Source: a virus (Duplodnaviria > Caudoviricetes). From it: a DNA stretch of 64,000 nucleotides. Numbering within the stretch: position 1 is the first letter of the stretch; every line of letters begins with the position of its first letter. Location of the stretch: IMG/VR virus record IMGVR_UViG_3300048599_000416, positions 2,890-66,889 of that record; one strand, 5' to 3'. The position numbers and the translations under genes are program-made. Under the pieces are notes generated by a model. The model was given only the letters and a program-made list of their open reading frames with translations, did no database searches and was not told the origin of the DNA. This document shows, piece by piece, positions 46,914 through 56,599 of the stretch.

Positions 46914-47666
46914 ATGGAAGATGAAGAAATGAAAACAGGTCGTGATGCAATCGTAGATGATTGGAAAGCCAAGAATCCGGATGCAGAAGGCGAACCCACT
47001 GATGAACAGTTGTGGCAACACGTAGCCGATCGTCATCAGATAATGACCGATCAACACAATGAACTCTCCGGCAGATACGATGCTTTGAACGGATCCAACG
47101 CAAAGTTGGCCGAACTTGTCAAAGAAAATCCGCAGTTTGCACAATTCTTCCAGCATATTTTAGCCGGTAAGTCGCCCATGTACGCATGGGGCACCGCATT
47201 TGGTGAAATGCCGATGGGACTGACAGAGGACCAAATGGCAGAACACGAAGAAGGATACAAGCAATATGCCTCCGATCAGAAAACCCGCACCGACAAAGCC
47301 GCCGAAATTGAAACAAACTTCAAAGACTACTTCAAGAATCTGGATCAGTATAAAACCGATAACAACCTCACCGATGACGAAGTACAGCGCATTGACGATA
47401 CCATTATGAGTATGGTTGAGGCAATGTCAGTAGGCAAAATCCCTATGGAGTTGATAGACGCTATCTGGAAAGGCGCCGACGACAATATTGACGCGGCCAC
47501 CCAAGCAGCAGAGCTTGCAGGCCGTAATGCCGCCATTGAAGAAGGGAAAACCAAGCAGATCAACAAAACCGAATTGCCGAACATGGCCGGAGGTAATGGT
47601 GGTGTGAAGAGAGCAAAACCTGTGATTGAAAAAAGGATAGCTAAAAGAGCATCTTTTCCTCAGTAA
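46914..47666 (+). CDS. Putative scaffolding protein
   Basis: Acidic, helical 250 aa with basic C-terminus, immediately upstream of the capsid-like gene. Confidence 0.55.
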   Translation: MEDEEMKTGRDAIVDDWKAKNPDAEGEPTDEQLWQHVADRHQIMTDQHNELSGRYDALNGSNAKLAELVKENPQFAQFFQHILAGKSPMYAWGTAFGEMPMGLTEDQMAEHEEGYKQYASDQKTRTDKAAEIETNFKDYFKNLDQYKTDNNLTDDEVQRIDDTIMSMVEAMSVGKIPMELIDAIWKGADDNIDAATQAAELAGRNAAIEEGKTKQINKTELPNMAGGNGGVKRAKPVIEKRIAKRASFPQ

Positions 47667-47696
47667 TTAAATAAGTGAAATCAAAACAGTTGAATT

Positions 47697-49010
47697 ATGA
47701 AAAAGTTGTTTTTTAAATTGAAAGGAAGCGGTTTGCTAATGTTCGCATTACTGCTTTTATGTGCTGTGTTTGGCATTACCGGTGCAGAGGCGATGACCGC
47801 TGATATAACCGGAGTTCCGGAGGATACCCCTCTGACTCATCAAGAAATCAATGAGGATACTAATTTGCTCGAAATTGATTACGGCAAAGAAGCGATTGAC
47901 ATTGGTAGGGATGTTTTCTTGCTCACTACCATGACGGATGAAATTGGGAACCGGCATACATGTACCAATGTAGAAACCGGTGTTTTTGAATATGGAGAGC
48001 AAGATGGTGAAGATACAGTAGTGGATCAGGTTGCAGGAGCAAATCTTGTAGGCGGTAATTTGCCGAATACATTCAAGCTGGCAAACCCCTCTAACTGGAA
48101 AAAAGGCGACACCTTAATTGTTCCGAGTGTAGTTTCAACAGATGGTAAACCATTGTTTTTACGTATTGAATCATCTACCAGTACAACGGTTGCATGCAAG
48201 GTGATGAATCCAATTGTTACAGGTGCTGTCGAATCGTTCAATACCATTCCGGCTAATGCTTCTGTAATTAAGTTAGGAAAGGCAATGGACGAATTGACTG
48301 GAAAGGTTGACAGTAAATTATTGTTGCCAAGCCCTCATACCAATTATTGTCAAACCTTCATGGAGACAATTATTGCATCGCATCGCCAGCTTAATGTCCG
48401 CAAAAAAGTACAGATTCCATTTTCGGTATATCTGGAACAAAAAATGCGCGATTACAAACAAAAACGCGAATTGGCGCGCCTAATTGGTGTAAAATCACTC
48501 AGATATGACGCTGACAATCGTGAAATTTATACCTCTGACGGAGTATTCCACATGGCAAAAAACACCTTTGGAATGACAGCCTGGAACAATGATAACTACA
48601 CCGCAATGTGTCGTGATATTTTTGAAACAGGTTATGCCAATGGCTCAGGATCGAAAATACTGTTGTGCGGTGCCTCATTTATGGCTGGATTAACACATGT
48701 TGAAGCATACAGTAAAGTATTCCAGTCGGCAGAAACAGAAGCCGTATTTGGTGTTAAGTGTAAAGCAATTGATACCGGTTTTGGTATTCTGTATCCAAAA
48801 TATCACCGATTATTGACAGGTGCATACAGCAATAAAGCCATCGCGCTTGATATTCCTTATGTACGTATTGATACATTACAGGGTGAAGAGTTCCAAACCT
48901 CTCCGTTGACTGATAATGACGATCAACGCGTAAAAGGGGTTAGTATCTGGGAATCGAGTTGTGTTGTGTTGGAGAATGAAATGTCGCACTGTGTAGTTAC
49001 CGGTGCATAA
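47697..49010 (+). CDS. Putative major capsid protein with N-terminal hydrophobic leader
   Basis: 437 aa after the scaffold-like gene; NYCQTF...KMRDYKQKRELARLIG resembles SU10/DUF5309-type capsids; followed by a strong hairpin. Confidence 0.68.
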   Translation: MKKLFFKLKGSGLLMFALLLLCAVFGITGAEAMTADITGVPEDTPLTHQEINEDTNLLEIDYGKEAIDIGRDVFLLTTMTDEIGNRHTCTNVETGVFEYGEQDGEDTVVDQVAGANLVGGNLPNTFKLANPSNWKKGDTLIVPSVVSTDGKPLFLRIESSTSTTVACKVMNPIVTGAVESFNTIPANASVIKLGKAMDELTGKVDSKLLLPSPHTNYCQTFMETIIASHRQLNVRKKVQIPFSVYLEQKMRDYKQKRELARLIGVKSLRYDADNREIYTSDGVFHMAKNTFGMTAWNNDNYTAMCRDIFETGYANGSGSKILLCGASFMAGLTHVEAYSKVFQSAETEAVFGVKCKAIDTGFGILYPKYHRLLTGAYSNKAIALDIPYVRIDTLQGEEFQTSPLTDNDDQRVKGVSIWESSCVVLENEMSHCVVTGA

Positions 49011-49015
49011 TATAT

Positions 49016-49048
49016 AATGCGGGATGCTAATCTATAGCATTCCGCATT
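49016..49048 (+). terminator. Stable hairpin after the capsid gene
   Basis: aatgcgggatgcta...tagcattccgcatt. Confidence 0.55.
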
Positions 49049-49063
49049 AATAACAATATCATT

Positions 49064-49489
49064 ATGACAAAGAAATATTCATTGCTGTACGGTGGTAAAT
49101 ACGGCACCATTATAACAACCACTACCGGATTTGAGCATATTCGGTTTACCTCTTCCACAAAAGAATCTCCGGCTGCATACATTACAGATAACGAGGAAAT
49201 TCAAAAAGCACTTGAAGCTGCAAAAAATTTCAATGTAATCTATAAAGTTGAAGTGTTAGGCGAACAGGAAGAAAAACCGGCGCCTAAAAAAGCCAATCCG
49301 GAACCGGAGAAAACTCCAGGTAAGGAAATTGAAGCTGCCGAATTTCCTGATGTAACCACTCTTCAGGAAGCAAAAGAAATATTGAGTGGAGATCCCTATA
49401 ACATTAAGTTTAAAAAAACTCCGACGCCGGACAATATTTTGTCTGCCGCAACCGAAGTGGGAGCTTCCTTCCCGAATATAAAAAAATAG
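49064..49489 (+). CDS. Hypothetical virion-associated protein
   Basis: 141 aa with a K/E/P-rich linker, after the capsid gene. Confidence 0.6.
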   Translation: MTKKYSLLYGGKYGTIITTTTGFEHIRFTSSTKESPAAYITDNEEIQKALEAAKNFNVIYKVEVLGEQEEKPAPKKANPEPEKTPGKEIEAAEFPDVTTLQEAKEILSGDPYNIKFKKTPTPDNILSAATEVGASFPNIKK

Positions 49490-49523
49490 CATTTTTGGTT
49501 TGTTAGATTATTATTTTCTTACG

Positions 49524-49558
49524 AAAACCCTGCCCTCTAATGCGGGGCAGGGTTTTTT
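49524..49558 (+). terminator. Intrinsic terminator
   Basis: aaaaccctgccc...gggcagggtttttt. Confidence 0.75.
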
Positions 49559-49569
49559 AATTTAAAGAA

Positions 49570-50229
49570 TTGATGACATTGCAGGAATTGACAAACATGG
49601 TACTGGCCCGGATGAACGAATTTCCTGGCGATAGCGGAATAAGCTTCATTGGTAGTGAGCGGGTAATGACCGAAGCGCTGGTAAAAAACCTGCTGACGGA
49701 AACCTTCAGGGTGATAGCCAAAATAGTACCAAGAGAGTGGCTGCCTGAAAAGCAGCTTCCGATCAATTCGACTACTCTCATTCAGGACACGGTACATGGC
49801 ACCGGTTACGTGATATTACCCGATGATTTCCTGTTGCTGTTGAAATTCATGGTGAAAGGTTGGCTGAATCCGGTAACAGACGTACACATGGAAGGATCCG
49901 AAGTGGCCAATCAGCAAAAAAACGAATACGTAAGAGGAAATGTCGTCAGACCGGTATGTATTCAAACCAAAAAAACAATTGCCAAAGCAGTAAAACAGGT
50001 GATGCATTACTACTCGTTGCCCGATGGAGTAAAAAGTCACGAAGTAGAAGAAGCACTGTACATACCGCTGGTAGATTTATCGGCGATGACCGACAGTACG
50101 AATGTGGGATTAGATGCCAGAGTAATACCGGCATTATCGTACATGGCAGCATCGTTGGCCTACGGCGTACTTGAAAAAACCGATGCATCGAAATATTGCG
50201 AAGGCAGAGTACAATTGTTTATTAACTAA
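49570..50229 (+). CDS. Putative head-tail adaptor
   Basis: 219 aa, MMTLQELTNMV N-terminus and ALSYMAASLAY C-terminal helix, in adaptor position. Confidence 0.5.
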   Translation: MMTLQELTNMVLARMNEFPGDSGISFIGSERVMTEALVKNLLTETFRVIAKIVPREWLPEKQLPINSTTLIQDTVHGTGYVILPDDFLLLLKFMVKGWLNPVTDVHMEGSEVANQQKNEYVRGNVVRPVCIQTKKTIAKAVKQVMHYYSLPDGVKSHEVEEALYIPLVDLSAMTDSTNVGLDARVIPALSYMAASLAYGVLEKTDASKYCEGRVQLFIN

Positions 50230-50240
50230 CACGTAAAATC

Positions 50241-51554
50241 ATGCACGATCACGACATATTAGATGCCAATTGGAAAGGGCGGGTAAGATACCTGAATGAT
50301 TTGTATGTGAAGTTTCCTGACGGTGGCGAGACACACTGGTATGCCTATGTGACCACCGAGAAAGACTTTGCCGAATGGGACACGCCAACCCGTCAATGGG
50401 TACTTCGAGGCACTAGCAAGACAAACGGCTATGTGAAATATTCCGAAAAACAATCGTTGAGCGAAGCAGAACAAAAGCAAGCCAGGGAAAACATTGATGC
50501 CGCATCTTCCGGAGAATTTGAAAGCGCTGAAGAAGAAATAACAGCACTCAACAATCGAATCACAGAACTGACAAGCATTGTAAATGCCTATTCGGGAAAA
50601 GGTGGCGGCGTAGGGCACAGTGATTTTGGAGCAACACCCACGCAGGAACAATTGACAAAATGCGCGGTAGGAGTAATCTGGACCGGTTACACCGACTGGG
50701 TTTGGAATGCAACAGACCCGGCATCCTCTACCTTCAAAGACGCAGATGGAGAAGATCATACCGTTGAGGAAGTATTCAACGGAACATTCGTAATTAATGA
50801 TTACGACAACCACAAATGGGTATTGTGCAATACTCCATCCACCACGCCACCGGTATATCAGTGGATAGATATGGGGGTGGACTCGGTAGGGACGGCCACC
50901 AACACCAAACTGGGGATTGTAAAAGGTAGCACGAAAGAAGGAGAAGTAAGTATCAATCCGGACGGCACGATGACCGTGAACGGATATTCGACCGAAATGC
51001 CCATAGGGATTCCGTTTTATTCGTTACGTTACAAAATACCCGACAATTGCCGGGATATGACTCTGGACAATCGTTTGAGCATGGATGCATTTGCAAAATG
51101 CTACGAAGAATTAGGCGGCGACGATATGCTATGGGAAAAAGATTTCACGACCCGCACCTTCAAATTGCCGAAAATACCGGCAGGAGGATCGTTGATTGCT
51201 GCCGGAACAGCAGCTACAAGAACCGTATTTGAATTTGGCACAACTGTGGGAAGTGATATGCATACAAACACATCAGAGGAAATGTTTCCTCACGATCATT
51301 ATGTAGCATCCGATGGAGATGACGGAGGATGGGCAACAGACAACAAAGACAAACCAATCTCTTCTTTCAACAACAACACATCCGGGACAAATGAATACAT
51401 GTATCATCTCAGAGCAGTGAATGGTGATCAGGTAGCCAATACCGGAAAATCCAGTAATGAAGGAGGTATTCTTCAAAATAATGCGAAAGTATCAAAACCG
51501 TATTCGATTATGAATCCGGGATTAGTGTGCAGAATATTAATACGAGTAAGCTAA
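50241..51554 (+). CDS. Tail fibre-like protein
   Basis: QSLSEAEQKQARENI fibre motif; ATNTKLGIVKG...INPDGTMTV; C-terminal collar/tip-like region. Confidence 0.65.
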   Translation: MHDHDILDANWKGRVRYLNDLYVKFPDGGETHWYAYVTTEKDFAEWDTPTRQWVLRGTSKTNGYVKYSEKQSLSEAEQKQARENIDAASSGEFESAEEEITALNNRITELTSIVNAYSGKGGGVGHSDFGATPTQEQLTKCAVGVIWTGYTDWVWNATDPASSTFKDADGEDHTVEEVFNGTFVINDYDNHKWVLCNTPSTTPPVYQWIDMGVDSVGTATNTKLGIVKGSTKEGEVSINPDGTMTVNGYSTEMPIGIPFYSLRYKIPDNCRDMTLDNRLSMDAFAKCYEELGGDDMLWEKDFTTRTFKLPKIPAGGSLIAAGTAATRTVFEFGTTVGSDMHTNTSEEMFPHDHYVASDGDDGGWATDNKDKPISSFNNNTSGTNEYMYHLRAVNGDQVANTGKSSNEGGILQNNAKVSKPYSIMNPGLVCRILIRVS

Positions 51555-52948
51555 TGGACGGAAAAATTAAACCTAAATGCGGGCATTGTGCTCCGGAACC
51601 AATACCGGACATAGATGGAGACGGCCATTTGATATTTACATATCTGGACGGTACGAGTGTAGATGTTGGTCCGCTGACAAAATTTGAAGTAAACAGTGTA
51701 AAATACATTGTACAGCTACTTACAAAGGAACAGCAAGCGCAAGCCAGAGACAATATAGGAGCAATATCCGCAGAAGAATTACGTGCTGAGGCAAAAGTAC
51801 GTACTGATGCACTTGAAAACGTACTGACAAAATTAAAACAAGAGCTTACCACAGAGGAACAAGCACAGGTACAGGAAAATATAGGCTTGTTTGAAACGAC
51901 TACACCATCAGTCGTTACCCCACCGGTAATAGGTTTAGAATACTGCGGAGGAATAGCAGTACATGTAATAGCTCCGGGAGAGGCGCTTTATGATGCAACC
52001 AAAATGCAGGTTATTATAGCTGCAAAAAATGATATTGTAGGATCGTACTACTGGGATAGTGGTCTTGGAGTAGTTACCGGAGCAACATCTACCGGATGGG
52101 GATTTGGAAAACAGAATACAGAAAAGATTGTATCCGCTTTGGGTACAGGAATAATATATGCAGCCAGAGTATGTCATGAACTTTCGTTAGACGGATACTC
52201 AGACTGGTATTTGCCGGAAGAATATGAGCTGACTCAGATAGCAGGAATGGGGCTGCTTGATCCGGGAAAGGATTACTGGACCTCTACAGAAGTAGATTCA
52301 TTCAAAGCTAAGAAATTTTTATCTTCAGAATCAACGGCAGTTTCAAAGCTATCACCATTCTTTCTTCGTCCATTTCGGATTGAAACAGTTCCGATAAGTA
52401 CAACTACGGAAAAAAAATACGCATACATTCCGTGCATGGAAAGTAGCGGGATAATCATTACACGAAATTCATGGATAGGCGCCGGCCCATTTTTAGTTGA
52501 TATAAACGACCCGGATGTGACGGCAGCAGATATAATTCTGGCCGTGTTTGAAAACTCGCAAAACGATATTGTATGCTCCGCTGAAATACTTCCAAGAATA
52601 ACCGTTTATGATGGTGGATTCAAAATTGAAAGCATCAACCAACCAAGTGCGGATTTGACATTAGCATATAAGGTATTACCCGAAATAGGGAAAGGATTTG
52701 GTATTATTTCCCTTCCGGTAAGGAAAAGAGTATACAAAGAGTCGGTTTTGGGAACAAAGGACGGAATAAACAAAACATTTATCATTCCGGGAAACGTGGT
52801 AGCTTATTCGGAAGAAGTGTTTGTAAACGGACTGTTGCAATCTTCCGGATCGGATTATCTGATAACCTTAGGCGATCCAAGTATCATAACATTTACTTTG
52901 GCGCCATTTTCCTACGATGTTATTTGCATCAACTACAATAATAAGTAA
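51554..52948 (+). CDS. Tail fibre-like protein with DUF1566/Lcl-like lectin module
   Basis: QQAQARDNIG repeats; CHELSLDGYSDWYLP..EL..YWTSTE motif; TAATG coupling to the upstream gene. Confidence 0.62.
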   Translation: MDGKIKPKCGHCAPEPIPDIDGDGHLIFTYLDGTSVDVGPLTKFEVNSVKYIVQLLTKEQQAQARDNIGAISAEELRAEAKVRTDALENVLTKLKQELTTEEQAQVQENIGLFETTTPSVVTPPVIGLEYCGGIAVHVIAPGEALYDATKMQVIIAAKNDIVGSYYWDSGLGVVTGATSTGWGFGKQNTEKIVSALGTGIIYAARVCHELSLDGYSDWYLPEEYELTQIAGMGLLDPGKDYWTSTEVDSFKAKKFLSSESTAVSKLSPFFLRPFRIETVPISTTTEKKYAYIPCMESSGIIITRNSWIGAGPFLVDINDPDVTAADIILAVFENSQNDIVCSAEILPRITVYDGGFKIESINQPSADLTLAYKVLPEIGKGFGIISLPVRKRVYKESVLGTKDGINKTFIIPGNVVAYSEEVFVNGLLQSSGSDYLITLGDPSIITFTLAPFSYDVICINYNNK

Positions 52949-52950
52949 TT

Positions 52951-54330
52951 ATGTCACAAATAAATATACGAGACGTAAGAGGGCTTGAAGACGAATTGAA
53001 AGGTCTAAATTCCTCATCGGATACCAAGGTATTATCGTTGGTCACTTCCGGCTGGCAGCAGGTAAATGAATTTTATCAATATGCTGTTTCCGATGCGGAC
53101 GTGAAAGCAACCTCATGGATTTCGTCGGTGTTCAAAAATTCGGACAGTGCCGTTGTGACAACAGCCGGCATCAAATCGAAATTAACTATTTCGGAAGGCA
53201 GTTTCGTGGTAGAAGCCGATAAGGTACCGACGGCCAATCTTGAATTGAGTTACCGAATTTTCAGCGGAGGATCGGCAGGATCCGGTACGGTATCTGTTTC
53301 TTCATCTGATATAGTAGAGATACCGGACAGTATGCTGAACGACATAAATCAGCGGGTAAATATTATTTCGAAACAAATAGCAGAGTTGCCATTTTTTACT
53401 GCCACACTATATTGCTTTGACAACACGATAGCAAATTTGAAAATAAAAGGAGAAATTGAAATTGTCGACAATATAGCTCCTGATGCTCCCGTGGTGACAC
53501 AAACGATATATGATAATACAACCAGTGTTACTGGTAGTGCGGAGGCCGGATCAACTATTACTATTACCTCTTAGAAAGGCTGGTCAGTTTCTTCTACCAC
53601 AGACCAAAATGGGCAATTCACAACCAGTCTGAATGGAAACACAATTGTAAAAGGAGATGTACTTTCTATAACGGCTACTGATGCTTCGGGAAATAAAAGT
53701 GCTGCGCTGAATGTAGTAGCTAAAGCTTTTGGAGATAATACTACAATTGAATTTAGCACCGGAGATGGAAGATCTTTAGTTATATCCGACACGCAAAATA
53801 ATCAGTTAATTAGTTTTTATGCAAGCGAATACAACAAACCAGTTTCAACTACTTCCCATTTAAATGCATTTTCAGGAACATTGGTTATTTATGCATTAAA
53901 CTTTACAAATACATTAGTAACAGCCGGAAACAGAAGATTTGCAATGTATAAAAACGGCCAACTATATAAATCAGAACCATTTGATTCAGATACTTTGTCA
54001 GTAGTTTGGCCTAACATTATATGGGAAGATACAGACGAATTAAAATTTGCTATAGAATTTATTACTCCATTGGCTGCAATGTTAATAAAAGGGTCTGATA
54101 ATACATATACTTATCCTAACGAAGTATATGCTTACTTGTACTATGGAGGTTCTCCGGTGGTAAAAATTGAAAATGTAAATATTCCAAACTGGCTTACACT
54201 TTCAATAATAAGTTGTGATTCTATACATTTAAATGGTTATCCACCAGCACCGGGTTCTTATCCAATTTCATTTGACGCAGTTAACAATTACGGCACCACG
54301 CATTATTCAGATACAATTGTTGTAAATTAA
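52951..54330 (+). pseudogene. Ig-like-domain tail protein interrupted by one in-frame TAG (pseudogene or readthrough gene)
   Basis: The frame is open from 52951 to TAA at 54330 except TAG at 53572-53574, inside APDAPVV...VTGSAEAGSTITITS*KG...SITATDASGNKS. Confidence 0.7.
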
Positions 54331-54341
54331 ATTTTCACAAT

Positions 54342-56351
54342 ATGGCTAAACATTTAATAAAAAAGATAGAGATACCGGCAGGTACAGACATATTTATTCT
54401 GGATTTAGAGGCCGAATCAGTTGCTAGACAACAGGCTGATGAAGCGTTACAGTCAGGTAAAGAAAATGTAGGTGTAGCTGCGGGACTGGTCGCAACCGAA
54501 GCAACTGCTCGACAAACTGCTGATAATACTCTTGCGCAGACTGTAAGCGATCTATCATCGGCATTAACGGTAGTGCAGAACTGGAAGTCGGCAATGACGG
54601 ATGCTGATTCTGATAGCGTAATCAATACGCTGACCGAACTTCTTGACTTAGCCAAGAATGTGCCGGAAGGTGCTGATTTGGCCGCACTGCTTGCCGAAAA
54701 AGTGAGCAAGTCTGACATCGTTAATAATCTTACAAGCGTATTGACAAATGTTCCTTTGTCCGCCTATCAGGGCAATGTGCTGAAAGGGCTGATTGACACG
54801 CTAACGACTAATCTGTCGAATCATACAGGAGACACTGCGATTCATATTACGGCAGAAGAGAGAACCTCGTGGAATGCGAAACAAGCGGCATTAAATTTTA
54901 CACCTGAAAATTCAGCAAATAAAAGCATTCCTTCCGGATATGCCGCTCTTGATGCAAATGGAAAGGTGCCGGAAGCTCAACTACCGGCTTCCGCCTTGGG
55001 GGTTACAAAAACGCAGATTATTGCAGCTTTAGGATATGTTCCTGAAGATGAAGCAAAAAAATATGCACCCGGAGGCTATCCGGGTCTTGATATAAATCAA
55101 AAAATATCACTTGCCAATATACCTGATGGCATACTTGAGCAGTATTATGCCTATGGAGTGACCAAGCAATTTAACGAAGAAACATATACGCTTGATCGAA
55201 TCGGCAATCTAAGCCTTCATCAATCGCTTCCAATTCAGAGCAAGATGAAGGGGTGTCTGCTAGATGAATACGGAAATGTTATTGAGTATCTTCCTCCGGA
55301 TTCGTGGGTTGGGCAGACTCTTGATGGCTCAAAAGGGCAGGTGATGGTAGAAATACCAGAGTATTACTGCAAGTTCACAACGACGGATACCTCTATGACA
55401 ATGATGATTTCTGAACTTCCTTTACCCGGTTATACGCGGAACAAAAAGAGATACATATCTGCATACGAGGCGTCAATCAATAGAGGATCTGGAGTTCTTA
55501 GCTCCGTTGTTAATGGTTCTGCGAATTACAGGGGAGGAGACAATACGAGTGCATGGGATGGTACTTATAGGAGCTTGCTGGGAATGCCGGTTACAAATAT
55601 GTCACGCACTGAATTTAGAAACGCAGCACGGCTTAGAGGGTCTACACAGGAGAATTCTTGCGCATGGAACTGCCTTGATTATTCGTTATATAAGGATATT
55701 TGTTGGCTCTTTTACATAGAGTACTCAACGCTGAATAGTCAGCTTCCTTTTTCTTCAAAAATCAACGGATATTCTTATGGTGGATTGGGTGACGGAGTTA
55801 CCACTATGGTGGATTGGGGAACGTACAATAATTACAATCCTATTGTGCCTTGTGGGGCTACGAATTTTGTTGGCGCTACCTCCGGGGAGGTAGCATGTCA
55901 GGTTGGCAATACAACTCAATATGTCAAGGCAAATAGGTACAGAGGTATTGAAAATCCATTTGGACACGTATGGAAATGGACTGACGGTGTTAATATTCAG
56001 GTGAGTGGTGGCGTTGCAAAAGCCTATATATCTGAGACGCCTGCTACTTATTCTGATTCTCTTTATGAAGGTTATACAAATGTAGGAACGATAGCCAGTA
56101 CAGAAGGCTATGTTAAAAGAATTCTCGATAACGCCAAAGGGTGTATATTGCCAAAAGAGGTAGGTGGTAGCAGTTCGAGCTATTGGTGTGACTATCATTG
56201 GGGAAATACTGCCCCTGATGGGCTTAGAGGCCTCTTGGTCGGTGGTGGTGCGGATGATGGCGTGGCTGCGGGGCTCGCTTGCTCGAAGTCGAATGATGCG
56301 CCTTCGGTTGCGGGTGCGCTTGTCGGCTCTCGCCTTTGCTTTATACCGTAA
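54342..56351 (+). CDS. DGR target: tail fibre/adhesin with C-terminal CLec-like variable domain
   Basis: YRGIENPFGHVWKWTDG and terminal GSRLCFIP; the 3' end is the VR. Confidence 0.88.
   Translation: MAKHLIKKIEIPAGTDIFILDLEAESVARQQADEALQSGKENVGVAAGLVATEATARQTADNTLAQTVSDLSSALTVVQNWKSAMTDADSDSVINTLTELLDLAKNVPEGADLAALLAEKVSKSDIVNNLTSVLTNVPLSAYQGNVLKGLIDTLTTNLSNHTGDTAIHITAEERTSWNAKQAALNFTPENSANKSIPSGYAALDANGKVPEAQLPASALGVTKTQIIAALGYVPEDEAKKYAPGGYPGLDINQKISLANIPDGILEQYYAYGVTKQFNEETYTLDRIGNLSLHQSLPIQSKMKGCLLDEYGNVIEYLPPDSWVGQTLDGSKGQVMVEIPEYYCKFTTTDTSMTMMISELPLPGYTRNKKRYISAYEASINRGSGVLSSVVNGSANYRGGDNTSAWDGTYRSLLGMPVTNMSRTEFRNAARLRGSTQENSCAWNCLDYSLYKDICWLFYIEYSTLNSQLPFSSKINGYSYGGLGDGVTTMVDWGTYNNYNPIVPCGATNFVGATSGEVACQVGNTTQYVKANRYRGIENPFGHVWKWTDGVNIQVSGGVAKAYISETPATYSDSLYEGYTNVGTIASTEGYVKRILDNAKGCILPKEVGGSSSSYWCDYHWGNTAPDGLRGLLVGGGADDGVAAGLACSKSNDAPSVAGALVGSRLCFIP
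56238..56345 (+). repeat. DGR variable repeat (VR)
   Basis: 108 bp aligned to TR without gaps; 21 mismatches, 20 at TR adenines. Confidence 0.95.
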
Positions 56352-56398
56352 AGCGATAAGCGAAGCACGCGGCAAAATATACAGGTTGGTTGCTATAC

Positions 56399-56506
56399 GT
56401 CAGTGGTAATGCGAATAATGGCGTGAATGCAGGGCTCACTTACTCGAATTCGAATAATGCGCCTTCGGATGCGGATGCGAATATCGGCTCTCACCTATGC
56501 TTAAAA
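56399..56506 (+). ncRNA. DGR template repeat (TR)
   Basis: AAT-rich non-coding copy of VR lying between the target gene and RT. Confidence 0.95.
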
Positions 56507-56599
56507 ATAGAGCAACGACCTTGCCACTTGGCAAAAAATATCATCAATAAAAGGAGTTGGTAGGCATTAGCCGAAAGCCCCGGACATTAAAGCAAAGCA

